Shown here: piece by piece, positions 30,390-53,270 of the stretch
Numbering within the stretch: position 1 is the first letter of the stretch
How the letters are laid out: each line of letters begins with the position of its first letter
Translations under genes and position numbers: made by a program
The notes under the pieces: model-generated
What the model was told of the DNA's origin: nothing
Seen by the model: the letters and a program-made list of their open reading frames with translations, nothing else
Database searches by the model: none
Source of the DNA: the human T2T-CHM13v2.0 reference genome, Homo sapiens
Assembly: GCF_009914755.1 (NCBI RefSeq)
Contig: NC_060935.1
Direction: 5' to 3' (one strand)
DNA length: 64,000 nucleotides

Positions 30390-31110
30390 TTTTTTATTTG
30401 GAAAAATTTTACACATTCATAAGTGTCAGAAGAATAATACATTGAACATCTGTTTGCTGTTCCCCTAAATTTGCCAGTTTTAGCATTTCATCTCATTTGT
30501 TTTATCTTTATATATATAGATATACATATTTTCTTCTCTCTCTCTCAACCATTTGAGAGTTACTTGCAGACTTTGACACTTCAACCCTAAATACTTCAGC
30601 ATGTGTCTCCAAAGGAAAAAAGTATTATCTTACATACCTACCTAACCACAATACAATGATCACACTCAGGAAATTTAACACTGATTTTTTTTTTTAAACC
30701 TAGTATCTAAGATAAAGTCCATGTTCAAATTTTCCCAACTGTTTCAATAATGTACTTTTTATAGCTTTTTTGTTTTCTTTTTCTTATCTAAGAATTAATC
30801 CAAAGTCACACATTGAATTGAGTTGTCATATTTCTTTAGTTTTCCCTAATCGAATCAGTTCACCAGCCCTTTGTGTCTTTTATGTCAATGACATTTTTGA
30901 AGAGTAAGGGCTACCTGTTTTACACTATGTCTTACAATGTGCATTGTTTTCTGATGAGTAGATTCCATTTTTTTAAAATTCCAGAATATTATATAGGTGA
31001 TGTTGTGAGCTTCTCATGTATCACATTCAAAGGCAAAAAAGGATATTTTATCTCATCCTGTTGGAAATGCTAAGTTTGATCATTTTGTTAAGGAAACACC
31101 TATCAGATAT
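30390..31110 (-). mobile_element. Old L1M (L1MC/ME-type) 3' end
   Basis: CACTTCAACCCTAAATACTTCAGCATG and TTGAGTTGTCATATTTCTTTAG motifs. Confidence 0.6.
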
Positions 31111-31302
31111 TTCCCTTGACAAGTTACTGGTTTGTATAGCAATACACCGGTTATGTTTTACAAAAATTGTAAATCCTAGTGATACTCTTCTAGAGAGGGG
31201 AACTGAATGCTCAGCACAAAAAGTGCAGGTAATCCCACTCTTATCTGCTTTTTACCTGATGTTATAAAGATTTCAGAAGATCAACCCTTAAGATGTTGCT
31301 AG

Positions 31303-31512
31303 GGCCAGGTGCAGCGGCTTATACCTGTAATCCCAGCACTTTGAGAGGCCCAGGCAGGGGCATCGCTTGAGCCCAGGCGTTTTGAGACCAGCCTGAGCAA
31401 CACAGCAAGACCTCATATCTACAAAAAAAATTTTTTTTTTAAATATTAGCCAGGTGTGGTTGGCCTGTGCCTGTAGTCCCAGCTACTCAGGAGACAGAGG
31501 TGGGAGGATTGC
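31303..31512 (+). mobile_element. AluJ, 3'-truncated
   Basis: Left monomer plus part of right monomer; stops at GGGAGGATTGC with no tail. Confidence 0.88.
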
Positions 31513-32366
31513 ATGATTGTGTTCAATTATCATAATTTAAAAGGCAGAATATTGGTTCTAAAAGGGGAGATGTATAAGTAATTATGGTAGATAAAACTTA
31601 AATAAGCACAAATATTTATTCCATGTTTTTCTTTCACTGAATAAACTTGACTATCACAAATTGCATTAAATATAGCCATGTTTATATTAATAAATATGAA
31701 TGCTTATTAATATAAATGACTGCTTATATTAATAATATGAATGTTTATTAATATAATCATGGCTATATTTTGTATTTATATATGTCTAGCTCCTTTGGGA
31801 CCCAGGCACATTTTGAGTTCAAGTGCCAGATAAATAAGTAGTGAGGTTTGCTATTCATATCTTATGCCTTACTGGGGGCAGGTCTTTGAATTCAAAGAAT
31901 ACCTCATAATATTAAATTACAGTAAACCCCTTGAGAAAAAATAGTCTTCATCTTCTAATAGCATACCATGGGGCATTCAAATTCCTTCATCTTGATTTGC
32001 CAGTGGCCCATTTGGTTTTCATTTAGAGTATTTGAGATGAAATTTAGACCGTAAAGAGTTTAAAATATTAAGGTCTAAAAACATGGGCAGTTTATTTCCT
32101 ACTTACAAGAAAATTAAGATCCTTTGAGTATTATGAACACCTTGTATAGCTGTATAGGCATTCTCAAAAATTATGCCAGCTAATAATTTAATACATCTCA
32201 AGGATGCCTGTTCCACATTCCCTTGAGTTACATTCAAAAGAAAAGCAGATGATTAATTTGTTAAATTCAAGTAAGCAAGAAATTCTAGTAGATATTTGAA
32301 AAATTCCTTCTCTTCAGTGAAACTCAAACTGCATATTAAGGAGAATGCATAGATACAATAGCTCAG

Positions 32367-32745
<379 letters not shown>

Positions 32746-33823
32746 TTATCACTATATAAAATCGGGTCTGCTATAAAGAAGCCAAATAGGTAACATTTGT
32801 AAAGAGAGAACCAATAGTAACAACCTTGTCTTTGTTGGTCTGTGCACTGGATACACGTTATCTAATGTAATTTCAATAGCTTTCTGAGATCTTACTTGCT
32901 ATACCTCCACTCTCCACTATCATTAAACTTGACACATCTTCAAGCAAAGTTCTATCATCTTTGTGTACCATTCCCAGAGCCTTGCACTGTGCCTGCCTCA
33001 TAATACATACACGAGGGCATTTAAATAACGTACATAAAGCCACATAATTATGAATATATTACTACACCACTCCATACTCAATGTTCTTTACGTTATACCA
33101 CGATGTTTCCAAATAGGACTTCATAGATTAGTGGAAAAATCAAATAAATTAAAGTGAGTTGCGACAATGCTTTCATTTAAAAGCCTAAAATAAATCCAAC
33201 TCTATTCAGTGGTTGATTTGTATACAGCATCCAGTGGGCAGTCTGACATCGAGTTGAACTAAATGATAGTAATTGTAATGAAATATGATCATTGTGTAAA
33301 TGATGAACAACACCTTAATATTCAGTACATATAAAAAACTGATAGAAAGGTTGGCATGTCTTACTATCATTAAAATATGTTTTAATGGAGACTTCCAATT
33401 TGAAAGGCAAGATTGATGGAAAATATTAACTATGCAATAAATTCTGTAACTGCATATTTCATAGAGATAAATCCTAGATGATGATTCTGAAGTTGACAGA
33501 TACCAATAAATCATGAAAAAATATCCTTTTTACTAGCAGAGATTATGATATATGAAAGTTACTGCTAAAAGATTCCAGTTTTATCAATTTTTATAAAGAT
33601 GTTTAAAAGACCAAGAACTTCTAAGAATGTTTAACTCAGGGAAGAGATCAACTTTTTCTTTCCAAAAGCTGACTCTACAGTTTAGTTTAGGTCAATAGTT
33701 CATGGATTCTTTCTCAAGCATTATAAACTGGCCCATTTTAATAATACAAAATACAAATGATAAAAGAAAGTAATGTAAGAGATTTCATTTCATTTAATTG
33801 CTACTCCTTAAGAAAACCATACG

Positions 33824-34797
<974 letters not shown>

Positions 34798-36248
34798 AAT
34801 TGCTTTTTCATCTTTACATTGGCAAGTCTGTGGAATGTTTGATAAATATTGCAACACTTATTCTGGCCTTTATTTCATTATAACAATGTGACTACAAGAC
34901 CTTCTAAATGACCTTCTTGAATTTTACATACTTCCTTCCAGATTAATTTCCTAACACACTACTTCAAGTAGACAATATCTTTTAAAAAAAAGTCTGCACT
35001 AATGCCACAATATTGATAGGAATAAGCCATAATTACTTAGACTTCTGAGACTTTTAAAAATTTGCCCCAACTATTTCAAGATATTCTTATCTCCTGAAAA
35101 TCCTTCAAATGACTTTTGTACATACTTTACTTGTTGTTCACTAAACGTGCCTTGTATATAGTCTACCTTTGCACTTTTTCTCACACTGTTTCACCCAACC
35201 AGTACATCATACCCAGCAACTCTCTGTCTGGTCTAATCCTATTCATTGACTCATTTGAAGTTCCAATTTTCCAATGAGTGAAGTTTTGAACTACCTCTCA
35301 TTCCCCTGAGATCCTTTTGACATGGTATGCAAGTTATTTAGCTGTTTTAAAATAGTAAATAAATATTTTAACGTGATTAAGTTTTTCATAGTTGAACTTC
35401 CTAAAACTTTAATCTCCTTGAAGATAAAAAGTCCATTTTCTTCACATTTCCACTCTTGCCCACACAGTTTGTTGCTTATAATGGGTACTAAGTAAATATT
35501 TGCTAAGTTGACTTTACTCTTAATTAATAAACTATAGCAAATAGAAGTAAGCCCAATTGCAAAGACCAAACCATTAACTTTCTTTCTTAGCTCCAGTATT
35601 CACAGAAAACTTTTGCATAAATTTGGTGACTGTCATTTTAAATTGAGATGAATAATCTTTGTGTAAGATATAAGTAATTTCTGGACTCCAAAACTGTATT
35701 ATTCTCCCATTCTCCCTATGGAACCTAATACATTTGTGTATTTGTTGGTTGTATGAGTGAAATATCCTTTATGACAGCAAATATATCTTATTTATCATTT
35801 CATTCTCCAATGCTTCTTTCCATGTAAGAAACAATAATTTCTGCATGAATGAGTAATTTTTTATAGACAAGCCATTAAAACCAAGAGAACACAAAGAATA
35901 CTACAAAATTGAGGTTTTATAACATTCCAATAAATGTTTCCCTTATGTTTGAAGATGCAAGATTATATTCAGGAGTACAAAAGTATTTGCAAACTATTAT
36001 CTATATTATATGAGGGGGAAAAGACAGACAAAAAAATACAACCAAATTTTAAACTTTGTTGTTATAGGGAAATGTCCTATAATTGAATGCATAGTGTATG
36101 CAAGGCTCATTTCCTAAATTTAATTTACATTACAACTGTATAATTACCATGGCTGTTTTCTAGATAAGAATATCAGGCCCAGAAGAGAAACTTACTCTGG
36201 ACCACTGAGCTGACTGGCTTAAGTCCTTGCTTGCTGACTCCTCAAATA

Positions 36249-36888
<640 letters not shown>

Positions 36889-37154
36889 TACTTTTCAGTA
36901 TATCTTAGGTGCCTCTGAGTTTGCTTTGTGAAAAATGTGTATTCTTCCTTAGTGATTATACAGTAAAACATGAGAAACACTGAATAACTTATAAACTACA
37001 GAAAGGTATAATATAATCTATAATTCATCACATAGAGATAAACGCTGTTGAAGTTGTGCTGCCTTCCCTTCTGATCTTTCTGATTATATACATAGAGACC
37101 AAAATTAGTATTATATTGTACACTGTACATAACTGTATTCTGTATTTTTTCAAT

Positions 37155-39730
<2,576 letters not shown>

Positions 39731-40227
39731 TTCAAATTTTTAACGAGAATTTTTTCAAGTAGCTAAGACCTTCAAAATTCAAGTTTTTAATAGCTGTATA
39801 GCATTTCAAATTATGAATGTACCCCAATTAATTTAATCAATTTCTTATTGTTACAAAATTTTTAGGTGTTTTCAATACTAAACATTAATGAATAATGAAT
39901 ATTTTTATATACAATTTTTTTTACTATATCTGATTAAGATTTTACTTGGCTAGACCCTAAGAAGTCGAAATAGAGAAGCAAAGGTTATAAATAATTTTAA
40001 GACTTTTGATACCTTATGTCAAAAATGCTTTACAAAAGGTTGTACCAAGTTATACTTCCACCAGAAGCTTGTGTATCATGCATTCACCAGCAAGACTGTA
40101 ATTTTAAAATCTTAAATAAGAAAAAAATGGGATGTCAATGTTTGATGTGTATTTCATAAAATTTTTTTGATGATCAATTACACAGAACTAATTTTATATG
40201 TATTAGTCATTTTTACTTCTTCTGTGA

Positions 40228-40546
<319 letters not shown>

Positions 40547-41876
40547 TTTATACATTTTAATGTATGTGTATATGCATATTTATGGATAAATGCATATATG
40601 TGAAATTGTGTGTGCATGTATATGAGTGAAAACCACTGTCCTTCCATCACTTTTATACATGGAGGGGGTCTAGGAAAGCCTATCTAGACATAATGTTTTA
40701 AATTCAATTGCAATTTATCAGAGTATACAAATGAATATTCAATAATGTGCAAAAAAAAATTTTTTTAAAGCTTATTTGTACACAGAGCAAGGGTAATTGC
40801 ATTTAGGAACTTGAATAATTTCTCCAAAGAATATTTTTTTGTAGGTAAGCAATTAAAAAACATATATATATAAGATATAACAAGATGACCAAATAGGAAC
40901 AGCTCCGGTCTGCAGCTCCCAGCGGGATTGACACAGAAGATGGGTGATTTCTGCATTTCCAACCGAGGTACCTGGTTCATCTCTTTGGGACTGGCTGGAC
41001 AGTGGTTGCAGCCCAAGGAGGGCAAGAGGAAGGAGGGCGGGGTGTCGCCTCACCCAGGAAATGCAAGGGGTAGGGGGAATTCCCTTTCCTACCCAATGGA
41101 AGCTGTGACAGACTGTACCTGGAAAAACGGGACACTCCCACCTAAATACTGCACTTTTCCCAAGGTCTTAGCAACAGGCAGACAAAGAGATTCTCTCCCG
41201 TGCCTGGCTCAGCGGGTCCCACGCCCACAGAGCCTTGCTCACTGCTAGCGCAGCAGTGTGAGATTGAACTGTAAAGTGGCAGCCTGGCTGGGGGAGGGGC
41301 GTCCGACATTGCTGAGGCTTGAGTAGGTAAACAAAGCAGCCAGTAAGCTCAACTAAGCGCAGCCCACTGCAGCTCAGCAAGGCTTACTGCCTCTAGACTC
41401 CACCTCTGTGGGCAGGGCTTAACTAAACACAAGGCAGCAGACAACTTCTGCAGACTTAACCTCCCTGGCTGACAGCTCTGAAGACAGCAGTGGTTCTCCC
41501 AACATGGCATCTGAGCTCTAAGAACAGACAGACTGCCTCCTCAAGTGGGTCCCTGACCCCTGTGTAGCCTAACTGGGAGTCACCTCCCAGTAGGGGCCAA
41601 CAGACACCTCATATAGGTGGGTGCCCCTCTGGGACAAAGATTCCAGAGGAAGGATCAAGCAGCAATATTTGCTGTTCTGCAATATATGCTGTTCAGCAGC
41701 TTCCGCTGATGATACCCAGGCAAACAGGGTCTCCGGCAAACTCCAACAGAACTGCAGCCGAGGGAAAACTAACAAACAGAAAGGAATAGCATCAACATCA
41801 ACAAAAAGGACATCTACACAAAACCCCAACTGTAGGTCACCAACATCAAAGACCAAAGGTAGATAAAACCACAAAG

Positions 41877-42904
41877 ATGGGGAGAAACCAGAGCAGAAAA
41901 GCTGAAAATTCTAAAAATCAGAACGCCTCTTCTCCTCCAAAGGATCGCAGCTCCTCGCCAGCCAACAGAACAAAGCTGGATGGAGAATGACTTTGCTGAG
42001 TTGACAGAAGTAGGCCTCAGAAGGTCGGTAACAACAAACTTCTCCAAGCTAAAGGGAACATGTTTGAACCCATCGCAAGGAAGCTAAAAACCTTGAAAAA
42101 ATGTTAGACAAATGTCTAACTAGAATAAACAGTGTAGAGAAGAATTTAAATGACCTGATGGAGCTGAAAACCATGGCATGAGAACTTCGTCCCGCATGTA
42201 CAAGCTTCAGTAGCCAATTCCATCAAGTGGAAGAAAGGGTATCAGTGATTGAAGATCAAATTAATGAAATAAAGCGAGAAGGCAAGGTTAGAGAAAAAAG
42301 AGTAAAAAGAAATGAACAAAACCTCCAAGAAACATGGGACTATGTGAAAAGACCAAATCTATGTTTGATTGGCATACCTGAAAGTGATGGGGAGAATGGA
42401 ACCAAGTTGGAAAACAACTCTTCAGGATATTATCCAGGAGAACTTTCCAACCTAACAAGGCAGGCCAACATTCAAACTCAGGAAACACAGAGAACACCAC
42501 AAAGATACTCCTCGAGAAGAGAAACCCCAAGACACATAATTGTCAGATTCACCATGGTTGAAATGAAGGAAAAAATGTTAAGTGCAGCCAGAAAGAAAGG
42601 TCGGGTTACCCACAAAGGGAAGCCCATCAGGCTAACAGCAGATCTCTTGTCAGAAATGCTACAAACCAGAAGAGAATGGGGGCCAATATTCAATATTCTT
42701 AAAGAAAAGAACTTTCAACCCAGAATTTCATATCCAGACAAACTAAGCTTCATAAGTGAAGGAGAAATAAAATCACTTACAGACAAGCAAATGCTGAGAG
42801 ATTGTGTTACCACCAGGCCTGCCTTACAAGAGCTCCTGAAGGAAGCACTAAACACAGAAAGAAACAACTGGTATCAGCCACTGCAAAAACATGCCAAATT
42901 GTAA
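41877..42904 (+). pseudogene. L1 ORF1p, disrupted
   Basis: ATGGGGAGAAAC start; peptides WDYVKRPNL, YSSRR.TPRHIIVRF, FQPRISYP; stops and frameshifts present. Confidence 0.92.
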
Positions 42905-42967
42905 ACACCATTGATGCTATGAAGAAACTGCATCAATTAACAGGCAAAATAACCAGCTAACACCAAA

Positions 42968-46768
<3,801 letters not shown>

Positions 46769-47004
46769 AAAATGAGACAGGAAGGGGAACATCACACACC
46801 AGGTCCTGTCGTCGGGTGGGGGGAGTGGGGAGGGATAACATTAGGAGATATACCTAATGTAAATGACGAGTTAATGGGTGCAGCACACCAACATACCACA
46901 TGTATACATATGTAACAAACCTGTACATTGTGCACATGTACCCTAGAACTTAAAGTATAATAAAAATAAAATTAAAAAAAAGAAAATCAAAAAAATAAAT
47001 AAAA

Positions 47005-47108
47005 TAACAAATAAATGTATAGTATAGTAAATACTAGGCAATAAAAATTTTCAGCTCCATTATAATCTTATGAAACCACCAACCAGTCGTTATGCAGTGC
47101 ACAATTAT
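47005..47108 (+). mobile_element. Tigger3/MER7-type 3' end fragment
   Basis: AATTTTCAGCTCCATTATAATCTTATG...GTCGTTATGCAGTGCA. Confidence 0.6.
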
Positions 47109-47590
47109 ATTTGAAGTACTTAACTCCATAGTTGCTATTATTACTGATGTTCAAATTGTCCCAGGTTTGTTTAGTTGGAACTTAATCAGGTCTGAGTCTG
47201 TGTTCTTTTGATACAACTCTAAGTCTTTAATAGCACCCCTCCTTTCTGATAGGACAAACTGTTTTGGGCTCATCTTGTACATCTCCTGCCCTATGTCTTG
47301 CGCTGGGTATTTATCCAAAAAGCCAGTTCTAAATCTAGAATTTAGTCACAATACGGCAACTAAGAGGGCTCATTACTCCTAGGCAGCCATTTTTCTGTAT
47401 CTTTTCAGTGGACAGACTAGGAAGTATATGTATATACATGTACATATTTACTTAATTAGGTTATTTCCTGTAAATTAGTAGTAGAGTATTGCTTGATCAG
47501 ATTCAGGGTTTTGTTTGTTATTGCAAAACTCCTCACAGATGATATTTTTACCAGTAACTACATATATACAGTTCCTGTATTTCCTATATA

Positions 47591-48387
<797 letters not shown>

Positions 48388-48634
48388 TATATGTATGTAA
48401 ATATATGTACATATATAGTGATAATTATAGTGACATAGCTATCATTTTGTATTTTCAAGATAAAAAGCATCAGAAGTTATATTTTAAATTCAGGACAATG
48501 GAGTTTTTACTAAATCTTCTCAGTCTTACATCTGCATCTCCTTTCTCCCATGCTGAAAATCTTGGTTCTTAATGACACTAACATAATTCCCAGCCAGGAT
48601 CGATGACAAACAAAAAACCAATTTGAAACCACAA

Positions 48635-48758
48635 CAGGATCTGAATTATTGACTTTTCCTTTTGCCTCAGGCACCAATATGACACAGCATGGTACTGCCA
48701 CTGCTCCTGCCTTTATCTAAAATTTTTATTTTTTTATTTTTTATTTTTTAAAAAATTG

Positions 48759-48818
<60 letters not shown>

Positions 48819-49225
48819 TTGAGACAGGGTTATACAACTGAATTAGAGAACACTGAAACATTGCTCCCAGGAGAGATGCATCACATATTAAATAAAGTAT
48901 CTTTATACAGAAACACATATACAACAGGTTATATAATGATTGGTTGACAAAAAATATAACCAGAGGCTTGCAGGAATCTAATTCTGCATTTCTCCTGGAG
49001 CAATGTTTCAGTATTCTCTAATTCAGCTGTATAACCTTGTCTCAAACATATATATATATATTCTTTAATTCATTATATATATATATATTTGAGACAAGGT
49101 CTCACTCTGTTGCCCAGGTGGAAGTGCAGTGATGCAATCACAGCTCATTACTGTATTTGTTTTGAGTCCCTTATATTTTGTGCCTGAGGCAAATGCCTTC
49201 TTCCCTCACTCTAGTCCTGGCCCTG
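48635..49225 (-). mobile_element. MER96B-like hAT relic carrying a complex insertion (48763-49148)
   Basis: TTTTCCTTTGCCTCAGGCACCAATATG...GTGCCTGAGGCAAATGCC...CTAGTCCTGGCCCTG. Confidence 0.65.
48763..48810. repeat. (AT)24 microsatellite
   Basis: Direct reading. Confidence 0.97.
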
Positions 49226-51168
49226 AATAATTCCTCACTTAATTTATTCAGGAAGAACATTCACCAGTCTCAGAAAACAAAAACAAAAAATTCCACAGCT
49301 ATCAGTGATTACAGGAAACAGTTTAAGGTCTTGTTGTGGTTACTTTTATCTTTTGTATATATCACACCAAGATATACAAATTATTGGGTTTAAAAATAAC
49401 TTAAAACACCCCGCTTAGCTCAGTGGGGATGGGGGCACTCCTCAGGGCACTTAGGGTCTCAGAGCCACTTCTCTCAGGCTTAAGGCCTGACGTTCAATGT
49501 GAAAAGCAATAAAAAAGAAAAAAGACAAATAAATAAATAAATAAATAGCTCTGAATGGTTTCTGAATAGAGCAGTTAGGTTCATTTTTCATTTTATTCCA
49601 ATTTTTAGGAAATTCACTTTAAAACTCAAAAGCAAAATAAACAAATTAAGAGAACCTGAAATAGTAAATAAGAACATCAATATAACACACTATAAATATA
49701 TACACTTGGTCTGTCTTTTCCTAGCTTTTTAAAAAGATGTTAATATTATATAAAATAATTATAACAATATTCTGTTGTATTTGTAACATATAGATGTAAT
49801 ATGCATAACAATAATAGCACAAAAATGGAAAGCAAAAATATAGCTATATAGAATAACATTTCTATATCTCACTAAACATACGTATAATTCTGAAGTAGAC
49901 TGTGATACATTAATATGTGTTTGGGAAGTCCTAGAGCAACCACTAGTAGAATAAATGTTTATAATACAGTGAAAAAGATTACAGAAATTAAAAAATCATA
50001 CTAGAAATTATTCATTTGATATAAAAGACAGCTGAAAAGAAAGAACAAAAGAAAAATGCATAAGAAATACAGAAAATAGATGAGAAATGGTAGACATAAG
50101 TCCAACTATAATGATAGCATTAAATATGAATAAATTAAACAATCCAATCAAAAAGCAGACCGTCAGGCTGGATTTAAAAAATAAATTCCAGCTATGTTCT
50201 TTCTGCAGGAGATAAACTTTAGATTCAGACACAATTAGATTGAAAGTAAAAGAGTGGCAAAAGATACATCATGCAAAAAAGCAACTATGAGAAAGCTAAA
50301 AGTGGCTATAGTAATATCAGACAAAGTAGACTTTACAACAAAAATGTTACTAGAGAGTAAGAAATATTTATAATGATAAAAGGAATAATCCATCAGGAAG
50401 ATATAACATTTATAAAGATATACGAACTTAACAACTGAGCCACAAAATACATCAAATAAAAACTAATAGAAATGAAAAAGGAAATAGACAATTGGACAAT
50501 AATAATTGGAGACTCCAATACCCCACTTTCAATAATGACGCCATTACCCTACTTTCAGTTAAAAAAACAACACTAGGCAGAATATCAACAAGTAAATAGA
50601 AGACTTGAACAACAGTATAAATCACCTAGATATAACAGAAATCCATAAAACACTCTACCCTACAGTAGGAGAATACACATTTTTCTCAAGTGCTCATGGA
50701 ACATACTCTAGGATAGAGTATATGCTAGGCCACAAAACAAGCCTTAATAAATACACGGGTATTGAAATCATATAAATTTTGTTTTCCAACCACAATGGAA
50801 TAAAATTTTAGATCAAAAACAGAAATAAATTTGGAAAGTTCACAAATATGTGGAAGTTAGTCATACTCCTAAATTACTAAAGGGTAAAATCACAAGGGAA
50901 ATTTAAAAATATTTTGAGATGAATGAATGAAGAATAATATACCAAAACTTATGAGATACAGATACAGCAGTGCTTAGAGGGAAATTTATAGTTATAAATA
51001 CCTATATTAAAAAAGAAGAAAGGCTGCAAATCAATAACCTAACCTTCCACCTTAAGACAATGGAAGAGGAGCAAACTAAACTTAAAGCAAGCAGGGGAAG
51101 AAATAATAGAAATGAAAGTGGAGATAAATAATATAGAGAATTGAAAAGCAATAGAGAAAAACAAAATC

Positions 51169-51472
<304 letters not shown>

Positions 51473-51641
51473 AGAAAAAATCAAAAATTGCTTCTTTGAA
51501 AAGATATAAAAGTTGATAAACTTTTAATTAGTCTAACCAACAAAAAGAGAGAGAAGACTCAAATAATCAGGATCAGGAATGAAAGAAGATGAAAGAAGAT
51601 ATGTGAGATAAATGTGAATTGTGGGGAGCTAGGGGGCAGAC

Positions 51642-52099
51642 TGTAGTGGTTGAACAGTACCCCGAATACCCCCAAAAGAAATCTGTGCCCTAATCCTCAA
51701 AACTGTGGATGGCACCTTATTTGGAAGACAGATCTTTGCAGATGTAATTCAGTGAAGAATCCTGAAATGAGATAAATCTGGAATATTCAGGTATTCCTTA
51801 AATCCAGTGACAAGTTTCCTTAGAAAAGGGGCAGACACAGACAGAGAGAATAAGGCTATGTGAAGATGGAGGCAGAGATTAGATTATGTTATCACAAGCC
51901 AAGGAAGCCAAGGAATTCTGATAGCAACCACAGGATGGAAGAGGCAAGGAAGAATTCTTCCCTAGACCCTCCAGATGGAGTGTGGCCCTGCTAATTCCTT
52001 GATTTCAGACTTCTGGCCCCCAGAAATGAGACAATAATGTACTGTTTATGCCATCAAATTTATAGCATTTTGTTATAGCATCCCTGGGAAATTAATAGA
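51642..52099 (+). mobile_element. MaLR LTR (MLT1B/C-like), preceded by ~40 bp resembling the end of MLT-int
   Basis: TGTAGTGGTTGAA...TTTGTTATAGCATCCCTGGGAAATTAATA; homologous to 7751-8199. Confidence 0.85.
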
Positions 52100-52895
52100 G
52101 AAGGAATGTTCCTCAACCTGATAAAAGGTATTTATGAAAACCATAGCTAACATCATACTTAATGGTGAGACACAATGTTTCTCGCTTACAATCCAGAAAA
52201 ACAGTGTCCAATTTTTCAGCTTCTAGTCAACATTGTACTGTGGGTTCTAGAAAAGGAATTAGGTAAGAAAATTAAATAAAAACGAGTCCATATGGAAAAA
52301 GTAAAACAGTCTCTCTTCACAAATGACATGATTGTGTATATGTAACCCCCTAAAGAATCCACAAAAGCAAATAATCAAGACTGTGTGGTACTGATATAAG
52401 GACAGACATACACCAGTGAAATACAATTGAGAGTCCAGAAATCCATCCTTATACTTACGGTCAATTGATTTTTGGTAAGTTTGCCAAACAAATTCAATGA
52501 AAGAAAACAATAGTCTTATCAAAAAATTGTGCTGGGACAACTGGATATCTACAAACAAAAGAAAATAATTGAAACTCTTTCTCATGCCATATACAACAAT
52601 TAACTCAAAATGGATGACAAACCTAAATGTAGAAATGAAAATTATACAATTCTTAAAATATGGATTAAATCTTCATGACTATGGGTTAGGCAAAGTCTTC
52701 CAAGATGTGATATCAAAAGCACAAGGAAGAAACGAAAACACAGATAAACCAGATTTTATCAAAATTAGTTAACTTTTATGCTTCAAAGGATGCCATACAG
52801 ATTTTTTTTTAAACCCATAGGATAGGAGAACATGTTTGCAAATCATATATCTGATAAGCAACTTGTATGCAGAATATATAAAGAACTCACAAATC

Positions 52896-53270
52896 TGTTA
52901 TGGATTGAATATTTGTGTCCCCTCAAAATTCATATATTGAATCTGTAGGCCCCATTGTAATGGTATTTGGTGATGGGACTTTTGGGAAGCAATGAGGGTT
53001 AGATGAGGTCATGAGAGTATGGCACTCATGATGGGATTAGTGCCCTTAAAAGAAGAGACACAAGAGATCTTGCTCTTTCTCTCCCCTCACCATGTGAGGA
53101 CACAATGAGAAGGTGGCCATCTACAAGAGGGAAGAGAGACTTCACCAGCAACTGACCATGCTGGTTCCTTGATGAGACTTCTAGCCTCCAGAACAGTGAT
53201 AACATAAATTTATGTTGTTTAAGCCACCCAGTCTATGGTATTTTGTTAAGGCAGCCTAAGCTAAAGCACA
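52896..53270 (+). mobile_element. MaLR solo LTR (MLT1A0-like)
   Basis: TGTTATGGATTGAAT...CCCCTCAAAATTCATAT...AAGCCACCCAGTCTATGGTATTTTGTTA. Confidence 0.85.

Noticed and set aside
29935-30468. Overlapping [10 protein letters not shown]-rich ORFs in several frames
   Set aside because: Artefact of the stop-free RY microsatellite.
49410-49500. tRNA gene suggested by TAGCTCAGTGG
   Set aside because: No cloverleaf, poor B-box and no T-run terminator.
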